A stretch of DNA of 64,000 nt, taken from positions 1,524 through 65,523 of the forward strand of contig CAWDLA010000008.1 of the NCBI GenBank assembly GCA_963802975.1. Direction: 5' to 3'. The notes under the pieces are model-generated. The model was not told where the DNA came from and made no database searches. It saw only the letters and a list, made by a program, of their open reading frames with translations. This document shows positions 55,889 to 64,000 of this stretch, in pieces (position 1 is the first letter of the stretch; each line of letters begins with the position of its first letter). Source of the DNA: an uncultured Gammaproteobacteria bacterium (GTDB lineage: Bacteria > Pseudomonadota > Gammaproteobacteria > Chromatiales > Chromatiaceae). Position numbers and translations under genes: made by a program.

Positions 55889-56746
55889 GCCTCATCCCCC
55901 CGCAGACGCACATGGATGGGAGCGAAGGGCTCTGACTGCACCAGCTCGATCGAGGCCCCCTTGATGAGCTCAAGCAGGGCCAGGAAGGTGACAACCACAC
56001 CTGCTCGACCCTCCCGCAGCTCGAACAGGTGAACAAAGGGGACAAAGCCCTCTCCGCGCACCCGCTCCAGCACGGTGGCCATGCGCTCGCGCAGGGACAG
56101 GGACTCCTTCTCGATGCGGTGACTGGTGAAGAGATCCGCCCGCGCCATCACGTCACGCAGGGCCAGCAACACCTCGCGCAGGTCCACCGACGGGAGGCAG
56201 CCGGCGCACGTGTCCGGGTGGAACCTCGGTCTGAGCAGGAAAGACGTCGCGCTCCAGCCGCGGCAACTCGTCCAGGTCCACGGCCGCCTTCTTGAAGCGC
56301 TCGTACTCCTGCAGCCGGCGCACCAGCTCGGCCCGCGGATCCTCCTCGTCCTCGTCCTCGGTGGGCCGCGGCAGCAGCATGCGCGACTTGATCTCGGCCA
56401 GCATGGCGGCCATCACCAGGTACTCCGCCGCCAGCTCCAGGCGCAGGTCCTTCATCAGCTCGACGTACTCCATGTACTGCTCGGTGATCTCGGCGATGGG
56501 GATGTCCAGGATGTCCAGGTTCTGGCGCTTGATCAGGTAGAGCAGCAGGTCCAGCGGGCCCTCGAAGGCATCGAGGAAGACCTCCAGGGCATCGGGCGGG
56601 ATGTAGAGGTCCCGGGGCAACGTGAGCATCGGCGCGCCCTGCACTACGGCGAAGGGCATCTCCTGCTGCATGGGCGCCTTTTCACCAAGCTCGGGGGGGC
56701 CGGCTTCGGGCGGGTTGGCCTCTGTGCGGGAAGTCTCCCCCGTCAA
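55885..56746 (-). CDS. scpA: SMC-Scp subunit ScpA (indel near 56200)
   Basis: FEGPLDLLLYLI, DPRAELVRRL, VVTFLALLEL; start may be 56671. Confidence 0.92.
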
Positions 56747-57962
56747 CGGAACACCAGCGACATGGCGTGCCGCACCTCTTCCATGGTCTCCCGCGCCACG
56801 TCCCGCGCCGCCTCGCAGCCGTCGTCGATGATGTTGCGCACCATGTCCGGCTGCCGCTCCAGCTCGCGTGCCCGCTCTTGGATCGGGCTGCAGTTCGTCG
56901 AGCACCGCGTCGATGACCGGCTGCTTGCACTCCAGACAGCCGATGCCGGCGGAGCGGCAGCCCTCCTGACCCAGGATTTGGTCTCCTCGTCCGAGTAGAC
57001 CTCGTGGAGCTGCCACACCGGACACTTATCCGGATCGCCCGGATCTTGCGCCGCACCCGCTGCGGGTCCGTGGGCATGGTCCGCAGGGATCTGCTCGACC
57101 TCGTCCGGGTCATCCCGCAGCGCAATGGTGTTGCCGTAGGACTTGGACATCTTCTGCCCGTCCAGGCCGGGCATCTTGGATGCCTTGGTCAGCAACGGCT
57201 GGGGCTCCGGCAGGATGACCCGGCCGCCGCCCTCCAGGTAACCGAACAGGCGCTCGCGGTCCGCCATGGTGATGTTCTGCTGGCTCTCGAGCAGGGCTCG
57301 GGCCGCTTCCAGGGCCTCCTGGTCGCCCTGCTCCTTGTAGGCCTTGCGCAGCTTGCTGAACAGCTTGGCGTTCTTCTTGCCCATCTTCTTCCGGGCCTGC
57401 TCGGCCTTCTCCTCGAAGTCGGGCTCGCGGCCGTAGATGTGGTTGAAGCGGCGCGCCATCTCGCGGGTGAGCTCCACGTGGGCCACCTGGTCCTCGCCCA
57501 CCGGCACCTGACCGGCCTTGTAGATCAGGATGTCGGCGCTCTGCAGCAGCGGATAGCCGAGAAAACCGTAGGTGGCCAGGTCCTTCTCCTTGAGCTTCTC
57601 CTGCTGGTCCTTGTAGCTGGGCACCCGCTCCAGCCAGCCCAGGGGCGTGATCATGGACAGCAGCAGGTGCAGCTCGGCGTGCTCCGGCACCCGCGACTGG
57701 ATGAACAGGGTCGCCGAGCCCGGGTCGATGCCGGCGGCCAGCCAGTCGATCACCATGTCCCAGACGCTCTCGGGGATGATCGGTCGGATCGTCGTAGTGG
57801 GTGGTCAGGGCATGCCAGTCGGCGACGAAAAAGAAGCACTCGTACTCGTGCTGCAGCTCCACCCAGTTCTTCAGCACCCCGTGATAGTGACCCAGGTGCA
57901 GGCGCCCGGTGGGCCGCATGCCGGACAGGACACGGATTGTTCGGGGGGGAAGCGGTGTTCAA
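56743..57962 (-). CDS. trpS: Tryptophan--tRNA ligase (several indels)
   Basis: [26 protein letters not shown]. Confidence 0.95.
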
Positions 57963-57982
57963 TATGGATCTGCCTAAAGCGA

Positions 57983-58654
57983 TTAGCCGAAAAAGATCTC
58001 TTTGACGACGTTCGCGCCCGGCATGAGACCGATGGTCCCGCTGATCACCGGCGACAGCACGGCACCGAGCAGGCCGGTGACGAGCAAAGCCACCAAAATA
58101 ATCAGGCCATAGGGCTCCAACCTCGAAAAATTCGCGGACCAAGCGGGCGGCAGCAGCGCATTGAGCACCCGACCGCCGTCGAGCGGAAGCAAAGGAAACA
58201 GGTTCAGCACCATCAGGATCACGTTGATGAGCACGCCCGCCGCACCCATGTAGACCAACGGCAGGGCGAGCCACTGGGAGGCATCCCAAAGCGAGAGCCC
58301 GACCTGCACCACCAAGCCCCAAAGCACGGCCATCACCAGGTTCGCGGCGGGACCCGCCAGGGCCACCAGCGCCATGTCGCGGCGGGGATGGTGAAGATTG
58401 CGTCCATTGATCGGCACCGGCTTGGCCCAGCCGAAGAGAAAACCGGTGAACAGAAAGGTCGCTATGGGGACGAGCAGGGTGCCGACGAGATCGATATGCT
58501 TGAGGGGATTGAGCGTTACGCGTCCCAGCATCTTCGCCGTGCCGTCGCCGAGACGAGCAGCCATCCAACCGTGTGCCGCCTCGTGCACCGTAATGGCAAA
58601 GAGCACGGGCAGCGCAATCACGGCCAGCATTTGGATACTGTTCAAGGCATTCAT
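57983..58654 (-). CDS. Site-2 protease (M50) family
   Basis: HEAAH, AGPAAN, NLFPLLPLDG. Confidence 0.93.
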   Translation of the reverse strand: MNALNSIQMLAVIALPVLFAITVHEAAHGWMAARLGDGTAKMLGRVTLNPLKHIDLVGTLLVPIATFLFTGFLFGWAKPVPINGRNLHHPRRDMALVALAGPAANLVMAVLWGLVVQVGLSLWDASQWLALPLVYMGAAGVLINVILMVLNLFPLLPLDGGRVLNALLPPAWSANFSRLEPYGLIILVALLVTGLLGAVLSPVISGTIGLMPGANVVKEIFFG

Positions 58655-58678
58655 CGCAGCATTATAGCGGTGCGCTCG

Positions 58679-59303
58679 TTATTCCTCGAACAGCGAGGCA
58701 TCCCCCTTCCCTACCCGCATCACCTCCGGCGCCTCGCCGGTCATATCCACGACCGTTGTCGGCTCCAGGCCGCAAAAACCACCGTCGATGACCAGATCGA
58801 CCTGCCGGTCCAACAGCGCGCGCATGTCGTAGGGATCCGTCAAGGGCATATCGTCCCCGGGAAGCATCAGGGTCGTGCTCAGGATCGGCTGGTCCAGCTC
58901 GCCGAGCAAAGCCAGACAGATGACGTTGTCCGGCACTCGGATGCCGATGGTCTTGCGCTTGGGATGGAGCAGACGCCGCGGCACCTGCTTGGTCGCCTGA
59001 TGGATGAAGGTATACGCGCCGGGGGTGAGGCTCTTGAGCAGCCGGAATGCCTGATTGTCGATCCGCGCATAGGTGGTGATCTCCGACAGGTCGCGGCACA
59101 CCAGGGTGAAGTTGTGCTTGTCCGTCCAGTGCGCGGATACGGCGGATGCGCTCCATGGCGGACTTCTCGCCGATCTGGCAACCCAGCGCATAGGAGGAGT
59201 CGGTGGGATAGACGATCACCCCGCCCTGCAGCACGATTTCCACCGACCGCCGGATGAGTCGGGGCTGCGGATTCTCCGGATGGATCTCGAAAAACTGCGC
59301 CAT
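58679..59303 (-). CDS. yciO: Sua5/YciO/YrdC family protein (indel near 59125)
   Basis: EIHPENPQPR, YPTDSSY, KRKTIGIRVP. Confidence 0.9.
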
Positions 59304-59323
59304 GGGTACTTCGGCCCGGGAGG

Positions 59324-60187
59324 TTAACGGGACGCGGCCCGGAGCGGGCCTTGCGCCTCCCAATCGGACCAGATCGGCCTGCAGCCTCTTGGCAACGGCG
59401 GCAACCGGCCAAGCTCCACCCAGGGATTCTCCGGCCCATGGTAGTCGGAGCCCGCTGAGGCCAGCAGCCCGTGCTCCTGAGCGTGACGCGCAAACACCAG
59501 GCACTCGTCACGGCCGTGGCTGCCCGAAACCACCTCGATTCCGACCCCGCCCTGCTCCTTGAACAGGCCGATCAGCCGCCGCAGCTTGGCAGCGGTAAAG
59601 CGGTAACGCGCCGGGTGGGCGATGACCGCCTGCCCGCCGGCATCGCAGATCCATGCAACAGCCTCCTCCAGGCTGGTCCAATCCCCTGCCACATGTCCGG
59701 GCTTGCCCTTGACCAGAAAATGCTTGAACACATCCCGAACGCTCTGTGCATGCCCCTGACGCACCAAAAAGCGGGCAAAATGAGTGCGCCCGATCATGCG
59801 CCCGTTGGAGAGAGCCTGCGCGCCCTCCAGAGCACCCTCGATCCCGCTCTTGGCCAGACGCCGGCTGATCTCTGCGGCCCGCCAGCGCCGGTATTCGGTT
59901 AGACCCGCCAAACCGCTGCGCAGCATCTCGTCGGTGCAATCGATCCCGAGCCCGATGATGTGGATTGTCCGCCCTCCCCAGGAGACCGAGATCTCGACGC
60001 CGGGGAACAAGGTCACACCGGCGGCATCCGATGCCCTCTGCGCCTCTTCCAGACCGTCCAGGGTGTCATGATCGGTCAGGGCAAGCACATCGACACCGTT
60101 GGCAGCGGCGCGCGCAACCAATTGCGCCGGCGCCAATGTACCGTCGGAGGCAGTCGAGTGGGTGTGGAGGTCGTATGTCAGGGACAT
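59324..60187 (-). CDS. PHP domain phosphoesterase (YciV/TrpH-like)
   Basis: DLHTHSTASDG, LTDHD, AHP, GSDYHG. Confidence 0.92.
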   Translation of the reverse strand: MSLTYDLHTHSTASDGTLAPAQLVARAAANGVDVLALTDHDTLDGLEEAQRASDAAGVTLFPGVEISVSWGGRTIHIIGLGIDCTDEMLRSGLAGLTEYRRWRAAEISRRLAKSGIEGALEGAQALSNGRMIGRTHFARFLVRQGHAQSVRDVFKHFLVKGKPGHVAGDWTSLEEAVAWICDAGGQAVIAHPARYRFTAAKLRRLIGLFKEQGGVGIEVVSGSHGRDECLVFARHAQEHGLLASAGSDYHGPENPWVELGRLPPLPRGCRPIWSDWEAQGPLRAASR

Positions 60188-60503
60188 CAGGGTATTTTAA
60201 CCCATTCGACAGGCCAGACCGACGCCGGTGTAGACGCTGATCTCGACGTCAGGCGCAGTTCCCGTGGCACAAGCTCTCCTGGAACAAGCGACCAGCGCTT
60301 AGCCGTTAGCGATTAGCTTGGTGATTAACAGGTGGTGGGGGTTAGGGTCAGCTCAGCGGCTGAGTATATGAAACCGCGAAGTTTTTTCTCGGACACAGAC
60401 GCGCTAACGGCTATTCGCCAACCGCTAGTTGCTCTGTTCAGCTACCGGTGTGCACACGACATGGGCAGACGGCGGTGGAGCGGGCTGCTAAAATCGCCCG
60501 CGT

Positions 60504-61253
60504 ATGATCCCGCCGGTAGACATCTCCTACATCGACGAAGAGCTCCGCCGGCACTCGGAGGAGCTCACGGAGGCGTTCGAGGACCAAGGCAGCGATGCGG
60601 ATTCCGACCCGCGTGCACTGCTGCAGGCCCTGAACGATCTCCTCGACGGCCTGCGCTCACACGAAGAGGATTCCCAGTCTCCTTTGTCGACGGGCGCAGG
60701 AGCGCCGCTTGGAGTTTTGGACATTCGCTCCCTGGGCGACCACGGAATCGACCTACTGGCCCGTCTGGCGGCCCTGGCCGGACGGCTTCAAATGCCGCAT
60801 CAGGCGCGCGCGATCGAAGAGCTCGCATTTCCGCTCGCTTGCTGGTTTGCGCAGCGCGAGGGCGAGCTGGGATACCTGGGTCCCGTGGTCAACGGCGCAG
60901 CGAGCGTCGCCAACCGCCTGAGCCAGCCCGCCGAGCTGGGTCAGCTCTACGTCCTGCTGACCGAGGTTGTGAACGCGGTCAAGCCGCAGGTCTCGCAAGA
61001 CACGGCGTCCACGGATCCGACCCGGCCCTGGCGCGTCCTGCTGCTCAACCGCGCCATCGTGGCGACGCGCAGCCATCAGCCGCTGCTCATGGAGGAGGCG
61101 TTCGAGTCCCTGGTAGAGCACCTGCCGGAGGAGGCTCCCGGCTTCTTCCGCGAGGGCATGGAGCAGATGGACGCGCTGAACTACCCGGCGCGGGTTCGGG
61201 CCCTGATGCAACGCTACTACGATCAGTGGTGCGGGCAACGCGTGCTCCACTGA
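60504..61253 (+). CDS. Hypothetical protein
   Basis: 249-aa helical ORF between PHP gene and ispZ; PWRVLLLNRAIVATR. Confidence 0.75.
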   Translation: MIPPVDISYIDEELRRHSEELTEAFEDQGSDADSDPRALLQALNDLLDGLRSHEEDSQSPLSTGAGAPLGVLDIRSLGDHGIDLLARLAALAGRLQMPHQARAIEELAFPLACWFAQREGELGYLGPVVNGAASVANRLSQPAELGQLYVLLTEVVNAVKPQVSQDTASTDPTRPWRVLLLNRAIVATRSHQPLLMEEAFESLVEHLPEEAPGFFREGMEQMDALNYPARVRALMQRYYDQWCGQRVLH

Positions 61254-61303
61254 ATCTCTTTCGAGAAAGGGACCCGCGCAACGAGCGCCTATCGAGAACC
61301 CGC

Positions 61304-61969
61304 ATGAAACTCCTGATCGACTTCTTCCCGGTTCTGCTCTTCTTCGCCGCCTACAAGCTCTACGACATTTACGTAGCCACTGCCGTAGCGATCGCCGCCT
61401 CGGTCCTGCAGGTGGGCTGGATCTGGCTCAGGCACCGGCGAACCGAGACCATGCACCTGGTCACCCTCGGCCTGCTCGTCGTCTTCGGGGGACTCACAAT
61501 CGTTCTTCAGGACCGCACCTTCATCATGTGGAAGCCGTCCATCGTCAACTGGCTCTTCGCCGCCGTCTTCCTGGGGAGCCATTTCATCGGTGAGCGTCCG
61601 CTCGTTGAACGCATGATGAGCCACGCGGTCCAACTGCCGGGCCACATCTGGCGGCGTCTGAACCTCCTGTGGACGGCATTCTTCATTTTCTCCGGGCTGG
61701 CGAACCTATACGTGGCAAACGGATTTTTCACCGCGGAGCAGGCACTGATCGCCGCGGCGGGCCAGGCGGAGATCGACCTGGCGAACTGTGCAGGGACCTA
61801 TTCAGGCGAGCTGCTCGATCTTTGTAAGAGCGCCCAATCCAGCGAGGAAACCTGGGTCAACTTCAAGCTCTTCGGTATGATGGGCCTGACGATCGCCTTC
61901 GTCGTCGCCCAGGCCTTCTACCTGGCCCGGCACATCCAGGACCCCGATAATCCAGCGGAGACCGACTAA
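61304..61969 (+). CDS. ispZ: Intracellular septation protein A (YciB)
   Basis: [24 protein letters not shown]. Confidence 0.93.
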   Translation: MKLLIDFFPVLLFFAAYKLYDIYVATAVAIAASVLQVGWIWLRHRRTETMHLVTLGLLVVFGGLTIVLQDRTFIMWKPSIVNWLFAAVFLGSHFIGERPLVERMMSHAVQLPGHIWRRLNLLWTAFFIFSGLANLYVANGFFTAEQALIAAAGQAEIDLANCAGTYSGELLDLCKSAQSSEETWVNFKLFGMMGLTIAFVVAQAFYLARHIQDPDNPAETD

Positions 61970-61970
61970 C

Positions 61971-62273
61971 GTGTATTACGCCATCATCGCCCGTGACAAG
62001 GAGGGTAGCCTGCGCGCCCGCCTCGAGGCACGCCCGGCTCATTTGGAGCGACTTCGAGCGCTCCAGGACGCGGGCAGACTGCTGCTGGCCGGCCCGCACC
62101 CGGCAATCGACAGCGAAGACCCCGGGGAGGCAGGCTTCACCGGATCGCTGATCGTGGCCGAGTTCCCCGACCTCGCCTCCACGCAGGCATGGGCAGCAGA
62201 CGATCCCTACGTGGCCGCGGATGTCTTTGCTGACGTAACCGTAAAACCCTTTCGCAAGGTCTTTCCCGAATAA
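61971..62273 (+). CDS. yciI: YciI family protein
   Basis: RPAHL, AGP, GSL, DPY. Confidence 0.93.
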   Translation: MYYAIIARDKEGSLRARLEARPAHLERLRALQDAGRLLLAGPHPAIDSEDPGEAGFTGSLIVAEFPDLASTQAWAADDPYVAADVFADVTVKPFRKVFPE

Positions 62274-62352
62274 AGCCTTTACCTTAGTTTCGCAGTCGAT
62301 CGGACTCTCTCAGGTTCGAGCACTTACACCACCAAGAGGACACTCTAGAAAC

Positions 62353-63258
62353 ATGAACAAGCGTATCTTTCACATCTGGGGCCTCGTCGCACTGATGGCG
62401 AGCGGCGGGCTTTTGGCCGAGGACAAGCCTGCAGACAAGGCCGCCGCAGAGCCCCCGAGCGGCGACACCACCATCGCTACCGTAAACGGCCAGGACATCT
62501 CGCTGGACCTTTTCCGCCGCTTCTTCGCCGATCGTCTGCGCCAAGCCAACGTCCCGAATACTGCAGCCTTTCAGAACCAGGCGTTCAATGAGTTCATCAA
62601 CATACTGGTGACGGCACAGGACGCGAAGAACGCGGGGTTGGACAAAGAACCGGGCTTCGACACGGCACTGGAGCTGCAGCGCCTTCAGCTGTTATCCAGC
62701 GGCGCCATTCAGAACGCAGCCAAGACACGCCAGCCATCCGAGGAGGATCTGAAAAAGGCTTACGATGAACGTTTCGGCAAGGGGGACGGCACCGAGTACA
62801 AGGCCCGCCACATACTGGTCAAGACCGAAGACGAGGGCAAGAAGCTGATCGAGGAGCTCAAGGGCGGGGCCGAATTCGCTGAGCTGGCGAAAAGCAAGTC
62901 CCTCGGCCCGACCGGTAAGGATGGCGGCGAGCTACCCTGGTTCGGAACCGGCCAGATGGTTCAGCCTTTCACCGATGCGACCGCCGCGCTGAAGCCCGGC
63001 GAGCACTCCACCGAGCCGGTTCAGACCCAGTTCGGCTGGCACGTCATCCTGCTGGAAGAGACCAGGGTGAGCGAGCCGCCCCCGCTCGAAGAGGTCAAGG
63101 GAGAGCTGACGGCGGCACTGCAGCGCGATACGCTCGCGGCCTATGTCTCCGAGCTGCGCGAGAAAGCGGACCTGGAGCTCAATCCCGACCTCATCAAGGC
63201 CGGTGAGACGGGCGCGGCAGCACCTGCCGAGCCCGCCCCCGAGGCGAAGTCGGAGTAA
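62353..63258 (+). CDS. PpiC-type peptidyl-prolyl isomerase
   Basis: Signal peptide, ARHILV, GGELPW, TQFGWHVI. Confidence 0.92.
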   Translation: MNKRIFHIWGLVALMASGGLLAEDKPADKAAAEPPSGDTTIATVNGQDISLDLFRRFFADRLRQANVPNTAAFQNQAFNEFINILVTAQDAKNAGLDKEPGFDTALELQRLQLLSSGAIQNAAKTRQPSEEDLKKAYDERFGKGDGTEYKARHILVKTEDEGKKLIEELKGGAEFAELAKSKSLGPTGKDGGELPWFGTGQMVQPFTDATAALKPGEHSTEPVQTQFGWHVILLEETRVSEPPPLEEVKGELTAALQRDTLAAYVSELREKADLELNPDLIKAGETGAAAPAEPAPEAKSE

Positions 63259-63266
63259 GTCCCGGC

Positions 63267-63300
63267 GCCGCTCCGACCCCGCAGAACGGGTCGGAGCGGC
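63267..63300. terminator. GC hairpin between convergent genes
   Basis: GCCGCTCCGACCC ... GGGTCGGAGCGGC. Confidence 0.55.
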
Positions 63301-63390
63301 CTCGTTCTCCAGCCCCTCATTGCATTCGCGTTGATTTGCGTTTATTCGCGGCTAAACGCCATTTCCGGGGTCAAACGCAAGCCGGGCAGC

Positions 63391-64000
63391 CTACTGGACA
63401 CCCGAGCGGCCGAGTGTCTCCACCGTAGCGCAGCAGAGCACATCGAGCTGCTCGTCTGAAATGATGTACGGCGGCATCAGGTAAACCAGCTTGCCAAAGG
63501 GCCGCACCCAGACGCCGCGCTCTACAAAGCGGCTCTGAATCCCCCGCATGGGCACCGGACGCTCCATCTCCACCACGCCGATTGCACCCAGGACCCGCAC
63601 GTCCGCCACTCCCGGCAGATCCGCACAGGGGGCAAGCCCCCGGGTGAGCACGCGCTCGATACGCCGGATGTTGGCCTCCCAATCCGCTGACAGCAGCAAC
63701 CCGATGCTGGCATTGGCTACGGCGCAGGCGAGCGGATTGCCCATGAAGGTCGGGCCGTGCATGAAGACACCAGGATCACCGGCCGAGATCGTCCGGGCCA
63801 CCTCGGCACTGGCCAGCGTCGCAGCCAGAGTCAGATATCCGCCGGTAAGGGCCTTGCCGACGGTCATGATGTCCGGCGCGATTCCCGCGTGCTCGCAGGC
63901 GAAAAGCCTTCCGCTGCGTCCGAATCCGGTGGCAATCTCATCGGCGATGAGCAGAACGCCATAGCGGTCACAGAGCGCACGCACCCGCGCCAGATACCCT
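63391..64000 (-). CDS. bioA: Adenosylmethionine-8-amino-7-oxononanoate transaminase (5' end off-window)
   Basis: [35 protein letters not shown]. Confidence 0.95.
   Translation of the reverse strand, partial: GYLARVRALCDRYGVLLIADEIATGFGRSGRLFACEHAGIAPDIMTVGKALTGGYLTLAATLASAEVARTISAGDPGVFMHGPTFMGNPLACAVANASIGLLLSADWEANIRRIERVLTRGLAPCADLPGVADVRVLGAIGVVEMERPVPMRGIQSRFVERGVWVRPFGKLVYLMPPYIISDEQLDVLCCATVETLGRSGVQ

Noticed and set aside
60300-60460. Possible IS remnant or sRNA in the intergenic region
   Set aside because: No convincing terminal repeats or recognisable structure by eye.

Overview
High-GC chromosomal window from a sulfur-oxidising gammaproteobacterium (Chromatiales-like, inferred from soxXAK-L, hoxH and the housekeeping gene order). 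Scattered single-base indels, including in essential genes, look like long-read errors. Layout: 1-10.7 kb holds a membrane-anchored patatin missed by the ORF track, yceJ/yceI, a CDGSH-Rieske-TPP enzyme fusion, a Zn-ADH and an FG-GAP protein. 10.8-19.1 kb is a decaying integron: an internally deleted intI co-oriented with a four-cassette array (three toxin-antitoxin cassettes). Two attC sites carry inserts in the R'' box: a group IIC-attC intron, and a 2.4-kb tyrosine recombinase + IS91-type transposase element with its own oppositely oriented attC-like hairpin. 19-36.6 kb holds a fused hisHF, an orphan hoxH, alaC-hom, sox genes, tRNA-Leu and glnS. 36.7-52.4 kb is a block between glnS and gltX with two secreted (Gly-Met-Gly/Ser)n proteins, a pentaheme cytochrome c, DmsAB-like molybdoenzyme, chaperone, ferredoxin, thioredoxin-NHL protein, secreted Hsp20 and a heme-c sensor kinase/sigma54 activator. 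Two sigma54 promoters and six copies of a shared palindrome link these genes. It is a candidate undescribed periplasmic methionine-redox system. 52.6-64 kb is housekeeping (gltX, rluB, scpBA, trpS, yci genes, bioA).
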